Origin: Felis catus | Lineage: Eukaryota | Direction of reading: 5' to 3' | DNA: 64,000 nt | Assembly (NCBI RefSeq): GCF_018350175.1 | Contig: NC_058368.1 | Span: 36,892,001 to 36,956,000, forward strand | Shown: positions 47,635-61,103 of the stretch, piece after piece | Layout: every line of letters starts with the position of its first letter | How positions within the stretch are numbered: position 1 is the stretch's first letter | Notes under the pieces: generated by a model | The model's input: only the letters and a program-made list of their open reading frames with translations | What the model was told of the DNA's origin: nothing | Databases searched by the model: none | Translations under genes and position numbers: made by a program

Positions 47635-47640
47635 AAAAGA
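47386..47640 (+). mobile_element. Can-SINE (rearranged, B-box region duplicated, (GA)n in tail)
   Basis: gggatgcctgtgtggctcagtcagtt head; gtgagttcaagccct and gtgagtttgaaccct both present. Confidence 0.88.
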
Positions 47641-48796
47641 AACTCCAGTTTAGGAGAGGCAGTCCAAGTAGAAGCCTGCCTTTCAAAGGCTATTTATTGC
47701 CCCTGATGAGATCCTCTTAGCTCCCGAAGCATATAAACTATGACAATATTGGCGTGCACCAAGAGAATAGCCAAAGGGAGATTGTTTTGAGAAGTAAAAA
47801 CAAAGATCCTCCCACCCAACTTTACTGTCAGAATATACTGACATTTGATTGAAAGAGAGTTGAATTTTAAGAAGTAAGTGCCCCCATTTTCTAGGGATCT
47901 ACATTCTTTCCTTATTTAGTTTTCTAGCAAAGCAATTTTGCAAAGGCAAAGGTAGAATAACTTCATTAATATCTTAATAGCAAAGGATCAACTTCTGATC
48001 TACCTTATATGCATAATGAAAATGTGTTTTTGTTAATACTCAGTCATTTCTTGACAACGTAAAAATGTAGGTGTGTGATACATAAGTTAATTTTGGTCCT
48101 TCAAGCTGATGACACCAATTTGACAGCATTCAGCAGCTTTTGTTTTAGTATTTGACTTCATAATAGCTAACTTACTAATTTAGGGGCATTGAATATTCAT
48201 GGCACAATTCTTATAAAGCTTATTCATAATATATGTGGGCTCAAGACATTCTTTCCATATGGATTATTTTTCATGAACATGTTTGAACCAAAAGGAAAAA
48301 AAGTCTACTTTTTGAATTTATCATCACAACATAATAGTGTTAAATAAAAAAGATATGAGTTAAGCCTAAGGAAATGATACTTATTCAAATAGCTAACTAG
48401 AAAATCATAAGGTAAATATTTTAGACTAGGTATAAGGAGTCCATTCCACTCTTTATTTTAATTCCCCCCTCAATATTAATTTGCCAGTGCTTGATTATAT
48501 GTGTAATTAATTGAAAAATGAAATTTTATTAATATGAATTGGAATAAGGATCTCTCCAATTCTGTAAATGACTTCACGATGTGTACATTTTATTGCTGTA
48601 CCCAAATTATTACATTTTCTAGGATGTGTTCTGGTAGAACTTTAACAGATTGTAGTGTGTCTTTACCACTTCTCTACCTAAGGAAACTAGCAGGTGAGAT
48701 ATACTCTTATTTCTGTAAAGATGATCAGAAAAGTAAAGCAGTGTAAAATTATTTAAACACTTCCCTCTTTAAAAAAAAAACAACAGGAATTAAAAA

Positions 48797-48996
48797 TTTT
48801 TTAATGTTTATTTTTGAGAGAGAGAGGGAGACAGAGTGTGAGTGGGAGAGGAGCAGAGAAGGAGACAGAATCTGAAGCAGACTCCAGTCTCGGGGCTGTC
48901 AGCACAGAGCCCGATGTGGGGCTCAAACTCACAGACCATGAGATCATTACCTGAGCTGAAGTCAGACACTCAACTGACTGAGCCACCCAGGTGCCC
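48797..48996 (-). mobile_element. Can-SINE
   Basis: Antisense head ccacccaggtgccc; caggaatt present on both flanks. Confidence 0.94.
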
Positions 48997-49536
48997 TCAA
49001 AGCAGGAATTTTAATGAATTCATTGAGAGGTTGTGAATCAGCAATCATAGTCAATGATGAATAGAGGTGTGGAGACAGTGTTCCTACTTGTTTTATGCTG
49101 TTTGTATAAAAGGTATCAAATTAATCTATATTGATGACTGGAAAGTTGCTGACTCATCTTTGCATATCTTTAAAATTTCCCCTATATTTGATGGATGTTG
49201 AAGTTTTCTCTCCGTGGTTATTTAGTGCAATTCTCTCTATTGTTAAACACTTGAAAAATCACACCAGACTTAAAAAAAATACTATAAACTTCCCTTAATA
49301 TTGATCTGATTATTGAGTACAAATACTTATAAATTCTCACAGTTAATTACTCAGAGTTTCTATAGATGAGCTCTAGATACAGATATTCCCATATTTAAAA
49401 AGGAAAATCTGTCTCTCCAAATTTTAGCCTGCTACTTTTTGGACTACTAATTCTCAAAATTTTTGTGTAGCCCTTATAAGAAATTTTGAAAAATCATATT
49501 TTCACACCTAAGTTGCCATTTAAGATGTAACTGTCA

Positions 49537-51064
49537 CTGGCCGAAGCAATTTACACATGTAATGAAATTCCTATCAAAATACCAACAGCATTGTCTCATA
49601 GAACTAGAACAAATAATCCTAAAATTTGTATGAGCTGACTACAAATACAACAAAAGACCCTGAATAGCTGCATCAGCCTTGAAAAAGAAAAGCAAAGCTG
49701 GCAGCATCGCAACTCCAGACTTCAGGTTATATTACAAAGCTGTAGCAACCAAACAGTTTGGTATATGGTACAAAATAGACACATAGATTAATGAAACAGA
49801 ATAGGAAATCCAGAAATAAACCCGTAATTATAAGGCCAATTAATCTTTGCGATTCAAAGAGGGAAATAATATCCAGTGGGAAAAAGTCTATTCATCAAAT
49901 GGTGTTGGGAAAACTAGACAGCTACACGCAGAAGCACGAAACTGGACCACTTTCTTACACTGTACACAAACAGTCAAAATGGATTATAGACCTAAATGTG
50001 AGACCTGAACCAATAAAAATCCTAGAAGAGAGAACAGCCAATAATCTCTCTGACATCAGCTGTAGCAACCTTTTTTTCTAGATATGTCTCCTGAGACAAG
50101 GAGAATAAAAGCAAAAATAAACTATTGGGACTACATCAAAATAAAAAGCTTCTGCACAGTAAAGGAAACAATCAACAAAACTAAAAGGTATCCTATAGAA
50201 TGGGAGAAGATACTTGCAAATGATAGCCAATAAAGGGTTAGTATCCAAAATATATAAATAACTTATATAACTCAACATCCAAAAAACAAATAGTCTAATT
50301 AAAAATGGGCAGAAGAAATGAACAGACCCTTTTTTCCAAAGAAGACATCCAGGTAACCAATGGATATATGGAAAGATACTCATCATCACTCAAAATCAGG
50401 GAAATGTAAATCAAAACCACAACACAAACCTGTCAGAATGGCTAAAATCAACAACACAGGAAACAACAGGTGTTGGTGAGAATGTGGAGAAAGGGGAACC
50501 ATCTGGCAACTGATGGGAATGCAAACTGGTATAGCCACTCTGTAAAACAGTATGGAGGTTCCACAAAATGTTAAAAATAGAAGTACCTTATGATCCAGCA
50601 ATCACATTACTAGGTATTTGCCTAAAGAATACAAAAACACTAATTCAAAGGGATACATGCATCCCTATGTCTATAGCAGCATAATTTACAATTGCCAAGA
50701 TACAGAAGCAGCCCGTGTTCATTGATTGATGAGTGGATAAAGAGGTGGTATATACAGATACAATGGAATATTATTCAGCCACAAAAAGAATGAAAACTTG
50801 CCATTTGCAATGACATGGATGTATCTGGAGAGTATAATATTAAGTGAAATAAGTCAGAAAAAGACAAATACCATTTGATTTCATTCATATGTGGAATTTC
50901 AGAAACAAAACAAATGATCTAAGGAAAAAAAAGAGAGACAAATCAAGAAACAGGCTTTTAACTGTAGAGAACAAACTGATGGTTACCAGAAGGAATGTGG
51001 GTAGTGGGATTGGTAAAATAGGTGATGAGGATTAATATGTTTGGTTTGTTAAAAAAAAATAATA
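49537..51064 (+). mobile_element. 5'-truncated carnivore L1 (ORF2 C-terminal part and 3' UTR)
   Basis: cctatcaaaataccaacagc, gacctaaatgtgagacctgaa, aaaagcttctgcacagtaaaggaaacaatcaac; degenerate TSD aagatg[t/c]a[a/g]ct[g/t]tca at 49522-49536 and 51065-51079. Confidence 0.94.
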
Positions 51065-51777
51065 AAGATGCAGCTTTCAGCATGTTGCAAATGTTGGCAT
51101 TTAAAAAGAAAACTATCGTATTATCCTTTTTAAAAATGTCCAATGAAAAATAAATGCAATAGCAATTTAATACTTATATTGTTTAAAAAATAAACATGAG
51201 TATTCTTTAACAGAAATTTTACTTATTTTTCCCTGTGATGTTATTTTTATTCCTTTTACATAATTTTACCTTAATGTTAAACGTATTTATGCTTGATTGA
51301 TCACACTAATATATTTTACACATTAAAACTATGTATATAAATTAAATTTGTCTTTCTTATGATTAGTAAGTGTTTAAGTGGTCAAAATCTTGAATTATCA
51401 TTGCACTGATTACAAGTTCAAAATAATCAAAAGAACATAAACTTAAAATTTTTTTAAATAAAAATCCATTTAAATGATATGTTGGACTTTTTTCAGTTAA
51501 TTTATGTATCCCTAGCTGAATAATAATATATTATTAGAATGAGATAGTTCACTATCACTTCTATCCTATTTCTCTTTTTTATTAATATAAATATTGAAAG
51601 CACTTCATAAAAAGTGGATATGAATAAAACAGTCACTTTGAACTTCTTCTTTATCTGCATGAGCTGTAGGTCTTTCTTCTGTAAAGTTGGGAGAAAGCCA
51701 GTTGGGAAAGAGGCACCAGCATGATACATTTTAGGCTGATCAAGTGTTTGAAAAAAATATAAAAGAACCATTTGCTA

Positions 51778-51877
51778 GGGGAACCTTGCTGGCTCAGTAG
51801 GTAGAGCATGCACCTCTTGATCTCAGGGTTGTAGTTCAAGTCCCACATTGAGTGTAGGTAGGGTTAGTTAAAAAAAA
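51778..51877 (+). mobile_element. Short tRNA-Lys-like carnivore SINE
   Basis: A box tggctcagtagg, ctcttgatctcagggt, B box gttcaagtc, short A tail. Confidence 0.85.
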
Positions 51878-51881
51878 GATA

Positions 51882-52723
<842 letters not shown>

Positions 52724-53141
52724 TGTAAAAGTCAGTTGAAACTCTGAAACTGGATTTTTAAATAACTTTTCAGTATTCCATGACTCTTCAAAAGTCTTTT
52801 AATATGGGCTTTTAATATAGTCTTTTAATATCAAAACCCATGTTTGATAATCACTACTTTGGAAACGCTCTAAAACCCTACTTATCAATATATTTAAGAG
52901 CAGGTTGCCTATTCAGCTATAATACAAAAGGAGCAAGTAAATTTTCTCATCTTATTATCCAAGACTATTGGTTTAAACATGGAAAGGGTAGTGGTAGGGA
53001 ATGAGATAGGGAGGGAATATGGATAATTAGAAAGATCATTGGTTACATTGAAGACTTTTAGGTTTAATTTTCTTATGAGAAATACCATCTCAGTTAACCA
53101 AAATTCTTTATTTTGAAACCTAAATCTAAAAAGCGGTTGTA

Positions 53142-53365
53142 GGGGCGCCTGGGTGGCTCAGTTGGTTAAGCGGCCGACTTCGGCTCAGGTCATGATCTCG
53201 CGGTCAGTGAGTTCAAGCCCCGCGTCGGGCTCTGTGCTGACAGCTCAGAGCCTGGAGCCTGTTTCAGATTCTGTCTCTCTCTCTCTCTCTCTGACCCTCC
53301 CCCGTTCATGCTCTGTCTCTCTCGGTCTCAAAAATAAATAAACGTTAAAAAAAATAATAAAAAAA
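53142..53365 (+). mobile_element. Can-SINE (relatively young)
   Basis: Perfect TSD taaaaagcggttgta at 53127-53141 and 53366-53380; CpG-rich. Confidence 0.97.
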
Positions 53366-53689
53366 TAAAAAGCGGTTGTAATTAGTAAAATACTATTTTC
53401 CTTTCCTTTTTGAATGCTCTTCGTATGTATTTTCTCTAGGGTTTCATGAGAAAGATAGAAGTGAACTGAGGCAGAATTTGAATTTTTCTTATGTCTGTTG
53501 GCTTTAATAACATCAATTGTTACAACAGATGGCATAATTTTTAACTGGCGGGAGATACTTAGGAACTCCAAAATATTACTAAGAAATTTAACACTGCCAT
53601 AGTTTTTGTTCAACCTACACTGAGATTGATTTGTATTTTATCATAAAGTCTGAAGCGATAGTTTTTTTGTGTATCAGTGAATTTCCTCT

Positions 53690-55110
53690 ATCAGATCAGT
53701 GAATTTCCCTTCTACTGATAGCTTGCTAAAGATTTTTCTATCATGATTATGTAATTGAATCTTGTCAAATGTTTTTCCTGCACCTATTGAGATGAACTTA
53801 TTTTTAAAAAATTTATTCTAACATGGTGAATTATGTTGATTTTTGAATGTTAAATTAACCTTGCATTCCTAATATAAAATCTACTTGCTCATGATGTATT
53901 ATCCTTTCTATATATTGATGGATTCAACTTGTATTTTGGTAACGTCTTGTGTGTCTATGTTTACGAGGGATATAAGTCAGTAAATTTCTTATAATGTCTT
54001 TTTCAGTGTTGTAATATCAAGATTATATTAACCTAGTAAAGTAAGTTCTGTTTGCTGAAAAGTTTCTGTATGCTTGGTGATATTTCCTATTTATTTTATT
54101 TACTTTATCCTTTATAAATGTTTGATGATAGAATTGATGATATCAACTGGGCTGGGATATTTATTTGTGAAAATTTTTAAAAATATTTTTTTATTCAATT
54201 TCAAACATACAGATAATTTGAAAGAAAAGTATCAGCATTTCCCAGATACCTTTTACCCAGATTTACTAAGTGTTTACATTTTGTCTCACTTTATCATATA
54301 TATAAGTTGAGATTGTTTTATGTGAACCATGTGAGAATAATGTGTAGGCACAGTGTCTTTTTCCCTAAATATTTCAGTGTATGTTTCCTGAGAACAAGGA
54401 CATTCTCTTACAAAAGTTGCAGTTGTCAAAATCAGAAAACTTGACAATGATGCAGTATTGTTATCTAATCCATAGTCTGTACTCAAATTTTGTCAATTGT
54501 TCCGGTAATGTTTTATATGCATTTTTTTCTATTCCAGGATTAAATTATGCATTGCATTTATTTTTATGTCCCATTAGTTTTCATAAATTGGGGAAAGTTC
54601 CTCCTCTTTTCTTTGCTTACTTGACCTTGATATTTTTGAAGAGTACCAGTTATTGCTATTAGGTTTGTTTCATCTTTTATCATGATTAGATTCAGGTACA
54701 TATTCTTGTCAGTAGTATCAGTAAAGAGATATTATGTTGTTCTCAGTGTATATCAGGAGGTGTATGATGCTGGTTTTTCCTAATATTATTGTTGACTTTG
54801 ATCACATAATTAAGGTGGAATTGGCCAGGTTCTTTACCGCAAAGTTAGTAATTTTCCCCTTGTAACTTATGGGAAACATTTTTGAGACCATGTAAATTTG
54901 CAGTTCCTCGCCAAAATTTTACCTATTAGTTTTGACCATCATAGATGCTTTTCTAACTTCATCTATGCTATATTTATTAGTTACCATTTTACTATAAAGA
55001 AGTACATTTCCATTAATTAGAGTCTCTATAGCCTCAGATTCTTATTTCACTTAATGAGTTGGACCCATTATATTATTACTTATCTTGATGCTTATTTTCC
55101 TAGATTTTGT
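53690..55110 (-). mobile_element. Old L1 fragments (ORF2 piece plus an L1MC/ME-type 3' end)
   Basis: ttgtcaaatgtttttcctgcacctattgagatga, aaccttgcattcct, aacaaggacattctcttaca, ttcaggtaca; boundaries approximate. Confidence 0.7.
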
Positions 55111-55410
55111 TCTACATTTGAAAATAATCAAGAGTAGTTAATTTTTCCAGGGATAAGATAAAGAAATGGTTATGCCAGTTGAAAAAGAGTCATCATTGAA
55201 GAAGTAGGCTTCCTCATGATCCTAGAATTTCTAACTTTCCTAAGGTCAATAATAAACTATCAAGAACACTGTAGCATATAAGGGAAAAATCTGTGCACAG
55301 ATTATTAGTCCACAGTAGTTCACATATTCATATTTGTTATGACTTAAGTTGACATTTAAGTGAAATTTTTCTTTTACATTTTTTTCTTCACCAAAATAGT
55401 CTAAGTTTCT

Positions 55411-55647
55411 ATAAAAAATTTTTTTTAATCTTTATTTTTGAGAGAGAGAGAGAGAGACAGATGGGGAGACAGAGGCAAGTGGGGGAGGAACAGAGAGAGA
55501 GGGAGACACAGAATCTGAAGCAGGCTCCAGGCTCTTGTCTGTCAGCACAGAGCCTGATGCAGGGCTCAGTCATAAGCGGAATTGACTGCAAGGTCATAAC
55601 CGGAGTTGAAGTCAGAAGCTTAACCAACTGAGCCACCCAGGTGCCCT
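55411..55647 (-). mobile_element. Can-SINE
   Basis: TSD tctaagtttct at 55400-55410 and 55648-55658. Confidence 0.94.
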
Positions 55648-56116
55648 TCTAAGTTTCTTTATGTTAGATCCCTTTAAAAAAAAATGTGTCTGGGGGTACA
55701 TAACCCTGTAGAAGTTGCAGGTTCCTCAGTAAATCCCTAATGGATGATGTTGTACCTAGGAGTTGACCATCACATTGAGGAGTAAGGTATTAGGAGACAG
55801 GCACAGATATTTTTACGTTTGTATTTATAAGTGTCTGAGAACAACAGACAAATTGTTAATAGTCTCTCCTATACTGTGTATGGATAGAGATTATATTTGG
55901 TTTATGATTACAGCTGTTTTCAGTAGAAGAAACAACCCTTGATAGTAAGGTGGAGAAAATAATGATGTGAATAGCAAACATTGCAGTGGCTCTGGAATGT
56001 TAAAAAAAAAAATCATCCTCACTTTTAACACTATGCCTCCTGAAATTTCACATGAAAACATTGGTTAAGTTACAGACAGCTTTAAAAATGTAAATCTTCC
56101 TGAGAGGAATAATCTT

Positions 56117-56118
<2 letters not shown>

Positions 56119-56149
<31 letters not shown>
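56119..56149. repeat. Poly(T) homopolymer
   Basis: About 31 consecutive T. Confidence 0.95.
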
Positions 56150-56153
<4 letters not shown>

Positions 56154-56729
56154 CCAGCCATTAGCATTTTAGAGTGAATGTGGTATAGAACTGCTTTCAT
56201 GTGTAGATAATTGAAATCAAAGAATGCAAAATAGAGGTTAGGAGACAATTTTTTGATATGTGTTAGGAGATAATATACTTTGAATTTTCTAGGTAGAAAG
56301 ATGAAATGGAAGTAAGGTGAGAGTGGCCCTGAGGATATTTGAGGAAACCAGATGCACATTTTAGGATTGAATGCCAGAGGCAGGAATAAGGTTGGGCCAA
56401 AACATCCGGAGAAACAAATGAGGTGTAGAGTTCTGAAACTGAGCAAAAATGTATCTACTCCATACTTGTGCCTGGGGCTGATCTTCCTCCTCTCACATTT
56501 GCCTCTTGACTTCCTGATCTGCTTAAAGCCTTTGCTACAATAGAGTGCTTGCTGTGTGCAAGGCTGTTGGCCTGGGCTGTTCCCGATCCATCTTACTGCT
56601 ATGACAAATTGTCCCACTTGTCATTCACTGGATCCTTAAAGCCTTGCTTTACCAGTTGTTCCACTGCAGTTATTGGTGTATCCCTATTTCAGCCACACAC
56701 TCAGGATGAATGTCTCTCTAAAGAAAGGG

Positions 56730-57040
56730 TATAGTTAATAATACTGTATTGTATGTTTGAAAGTTACTAAGAGTATATCTTAAAAATTCTCGGAGCCTGT
56801 TTCCGATTCTGTGTCTCCCTCTCTCTCTGCCCCTCCCCCGTTCATGCTCTGTCTCTCTCTGTCCCAAAAATAAATAAACGTTGAAAAAAAAATTTAAAAA
56901 AAAATTCTCATCACAGGAAAAACAGTTGTATGTATGGTGATGGATGTTAACTAATTAATGGTGATAATTTCGCAATATACACAAATATTGAATCTTTGTA
57001 CTGTAAAACTGAAACTAATATTCAATTATATCAATTAATA
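56730..57040 (+). mobile_element. L1 3' terminal fragment (L1MA-like), interrupted by a SINE
   Basis: atagttaataatactgtattgtat...gaaagttactaagag...tctcatcaca...gtgatggatgttaactaa...gaaactaata. Confidence 0.8.
56792..56899 (+). mobile_element. 5'-truncated young felid Can-SINE
   Basis: Begins at ggagcctgtttccgattctg with CT tract and A tail; TSD aaaaattctc at 56782-56791 and 56900-56909. Confidence 0.95.
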
Positions 57041-60000
57041 CAAAAGGAAGACAGTGCCTTATCAGGGCTGTTTTAGCATCTCAGTCATCATCCTCACTTT
57101 TTACGAAAAATGTTAACATGACTTATCAGTATAGTAAGAATGGTTGAATAATAGCTGCCCAAGCTGATTAAGTCCAGTAAAGAGAATTTCAAGTGGGTTC
57201 TTATCTGATTTTTATAGATTATGATAGAAAACTATCTTAACTAAAGGCAATAAATATTTGGGCAAGCCAATATTTGCAATCAGAAGATACCTTGCAATCT
57301 AGAATCATTGTTTAATAAATGGGATCTTTCGTGACTGTGATTTTTGTAACCACCTTCCTAGCTTGGTGCCCAGTGCTCACTAATGCTGCTGGGGAGAAAA
57401 ACAAAAGAATTAGTACAACAGTGGAGCAGCTTTTAACTTTAGTCACCATAAAGAAAAATGATTACTATTTTAAAGATGTTATGCTGAATTTCAAAAAGTG
57501 CATTAAAGAAAATAAATTAAGTACAAAATAAAATACTGGTGGTTTAGCAACAGAAAGGGGTAAAACTTTTGTTTGAAATTAATAGTGCTTTGTGAAAATG
57601 CAAAAGCAGCTACTTTTTAGTTATGTACATTAAAGTGATTTTCATTTGTTTTCATTTTTTGAAGTGTTTGGAAGAAAGCAGACTTAACACTATGCAATTA
57701 GATTTTTGTCTTTGGAAACTGCAATTTTTGCTGAAGAGTAAAGTACCAAAAGGATATGTTAGAGCATGAGCAAAATACCAGATGGTTATTAGGATTTTAA
57801 TATTTCTTAGAATAAGACTATGTTCATATTTTTATTATTTTTATTGCTTAACATAAACAAAATCAAGCAAGCCAGCTATTTCTTTTAATTACATACCCTA
57901 TTGATATTTTGGTGAATTTGCTTACATTTAATAAGACCAGAATATTGCATTTTCTTTGTAAATCATACAACATTAATAAAGTTATTTATAATACGCTATT
58001 TTATTACATGACAGTAGGAATTTTATTGGGTTGTATATGATCAAATCATGAGGTTTGGCTTTCTGAGTTATTTAGATACTATAACTCTGAGATAAAGTGC
58101 ATGGATGATGTATGGAGAACAAAATTCCCTTCAACTCTACACCATCCCATTTCTGTTTAGACAGAATCACAGCATTGACACTAAAAAGGAACAATCTTGT
58201 AGGCATTTATTCAATTAATGAACATTTGTTGAAAGCCTCCCAAGAGTAGCCACCTCATTCATATTTTAACTCCGTGCCAATCTTGATTCTGTCTTATGTG
58301 TACTGGAGGGTATTTTTACATTTGAGTATTGTGGTCCTCTAATCCTGCCCTGTTTTGGTGATCAGAATATCAGGCTTGATTGTAGATAGACACTAATGTA
58401 TTTAAGACCCTATGTCCTTTACATTCTAGTATGCCACCTTCTGGCTTCATTCACCTATATAATTAAGATAAAACGTTTTTTCCTGTGCTCAGCCATCCTC
58501 TGCATGTGTGAATGACCTGATTCTCACCTTTTTTCCAGAGCATGTAGCTAAGGTAAGTGAGATATAAGCATTCACTCATTGACTACTGCATCAGGTACCA
58601 CGGAGAGCTCTAGGCTGGAATCCCATCCATAGTGATGGGTAAGGGAGGCCCCATAAACACAATGAATGGATGGACACATCTCTATAAACTGAGTACGTGC
58701 ATGCAAGAACTGCAACTGTAAAGAGACGATACTCCTGAATTCCAGATGATTTTTGGAGTGTTTAGTATAGATGATCTCGAGGCTTGTTTTGGGGTATATT
58801 AAGAAAACTTGCATTAAGGAGATAAATAATAGAGCTGTGAATTAAAGGGACTGAGAATAATAACAGGAACTCAGCACATAAATCAACCCATATTGTTAAA
58901 TTAACGAATGATATATATTTGCTTGCAAACAGTGGAGATCACAAAATTCACATACATGCAGTTAAGTAAGAGTGGGACAATTTGGGGAAAGTATAAATTA
59001 TGAGTAAATAATGATTGAAAAATAAGCTGGATTTCTTTCATGGGAAAGGATCGTATCAAGAGCATTTAGATAAACTGGCTTTTGTTATTGGTTTATTTGT
59101 GCTTGGAAAAGAGTTTGGAAACATAGAGTGTAGTTAAATTGGGGGCATCATGAATTTGGACAGATGTTGGTCCAAATCCCAGCTAAGCCATGTACTAGCT
59201 AAAGGTGATTTTAGGGGAGAAGGGTGAACAACAACTTCCATGTGTTTCAGTGCCTTATTCCGTAAGTGGAGGATAATGTCTACTTTTCAGGATGAGATTC
59301 GAAACTTAATATGTATTAGATGCTCACTGAATAGTTGCTATTTTATGACTGAAAGCAGCTCATGATTTTGGAAATGATAGAAAGGTAAAGATTTGAGAAA
59401 GATAAGGACAACAAAAGAAGTGGTTGAAAAAAAAAAGATGTAACACTAGTATTATCCCATGTAAAAGGAGTGACTCAGTAACAGTAAGCATGCCAGGCAA
59501 GGTGGAAGAGATGGTTTGATGATAAAACAGTGTTTTAAGTTGTATAGACTATGACCTGCATAGTCCAGGAAATATGAGACTAGATATATATAGATTTAGA
59601 AACCATGTAATTGATAAGTAAGACTGAAACATAGTTATTCCTGGAGGGTCTCTGAAGGAAGGAGTGTATGTAGTAGAATCATTGACAGATTGGGAATGAA
59701 TAAATCTATCTTCTTCAGACATTTCGACATTTCCAAATCTCTTTCAAGTGTTCAAATTATCTCTATATAAGTTTTTATATTATTTTTTTAAATGTTGTAT
59801 TTATTTGATATTTAAGATGGATTAGATCTGAGAGTTATGGATGGTTTGTATAATTAACCTGGATTTTATTTTCTGCACTCCTGACTATCAGATATTTACT
59901 GAATTCTCTTGCCAAAATGAATTTGTGATTAGGCTCTTTGTGTGTTGTGCTCTCTGTTGTTTTTGCTGAGTCAGTGGGTTGCCTTACCTCTTTTGCTTAG

Positions 60001-60053
60001 ACTAAAAATCACTACCCAGAGATACCATCATTCAACTGTTGTGATGCTTTTTC

Positions 60054-60266
60054 TAAAAAATATTTTTTTAAGTTTACTTATTTTGAGAGAGAGAGCGCAC
60101 ACGAGCAGGGGGAGGGCAGAGATAGAGGGAGAGAGAGATTCCCAAGCAAGCTCTGTGCTGTCAGCAAAGGGCCTAATGTGGGGCTCAAACTCACAAACCG
60201 TGAGATTATGACCTAAGCCGAAGTCAAGGGTCCAGTGCTTAACTGACCGAACTACCCAGGCACCCC
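60054..60266 (-). mobile_element. Can-SINE
   Basis: TSD tcaactgttgtgat[g/a]ct at 60032-60048 and 60267-60283. Confidence 0.95.
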
Positions 60267-60453
60267 TCAACTGTTGTGATACTCTTAAATAAGGCCCAGA
60301 TGCAGGAAATTCTTAGTGAATGAAAGTGACTAATAGGATTAAGTATCTACTTCACCACCACTAATGGATACTTAATTTCTACTCTGGTGGGAATAATAAA
60401 AATGGTTATGGCATACATCCACATTATGGAATTTTAAAATTTAAAACACAGTA

Positions 60454-60630
60454 GGGGGGCCTGGGTGACTCAATCAGTCATTGAATCCAGCCCCGAGTTG
60501 GGCTCTGAGCTGAGAGTCTGCTTAAGACTCTTTCCCTCTCTCTCTGCCTTTCCCCTGCTTGTGCACTCTCTCATTCGCTCTCAAAAATTAAGATTAAAAT
60601 AAAATAAAATAAAATAAAATAAAATAAAAT
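60454..60630 (+). mobile_element. Can-SINE (internally deleted, (taaaa)n tail)
   Basis: TSD aaatttaaaa[c/t]a[c/t]agta at 60437-60453 and 60631-60647. Confidence 0.9.
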
Positions 60631-60875
60631 AAATTTAAAATATAGTAAAAGACATAATTACTTAAAAATTTTAAACCTTATTTACAAAAATATACAAGAA
60701 AAACAGCCAAAAGTTTTTCTGAAGGACAAATAAAGGGAATTTATGTTACTTTGTATTAAAATAAATAATTTAAAAGAGAAAATAAATATAGCAATGCAGT
60801 GTTGGCATGAGAATGAATAGATTTATGAAACATAATAAAAAAAATTAGAAAGACATTCCAACAAGTAATTATTTA

Positions 60876-61103
60876 TTTTTTTTAAGTTTTTTTTTTTCAA
60901 CGTTTTTTATTTATTTTTGGGACAGAGAGAGACAGAGCATGAACGGGGGAGGGGCAGAGAGAGAGGGAGACACAGAATCGGAAACAGGCTCCAGGCTCCG
61001 AGCCATCAGCCCGGAGCCTGACGCGGGGCTCGAACTCACGGACCGCGAGATCGTGACCTGGCTGAAGCCGGACGCTTAACCGACTGCGCCACCCAGGCGC
61101 CCC
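60876..61103 (-). mobile_element. Young felid Can-SINE (SINEC_Fc-type)
   Basis: CpGs retained throughout; perfect TSD aacaagtaattattta at 60860-60875 and 61105-61120. Confidence 0.97.

Noticed and set aside
49054..49152. C box (ATGATGA), internal TGATGA and D box (CTGA) spanning about 100 nt
   Set aside because: No convincing terminal stem and no D' box; the only rRNA complementarity I can recall is about 8 nt, compatible with chance. A snoscan or Infernal search would settle it.
51778..51860. Possible functional tRNA-Lys gene
   Set aside because: The acceptor and anticodon stems are degenerate and it has a SINE-type 3' extension and A tail; the same applies to 16637-16782 and 32782-32896.
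56048..56617. 189-aa minus-strand ORF
   Set aside because: It overlaps L2-like sequence and reads through a poly(T) run (poly-Lys); no recognisable domain.
60333..60378. Hairpin attaagtatc...gatacttaat
   Set aside because: A 10-bp AT-rich stem, too short for a pre-miRNA, with no other support.
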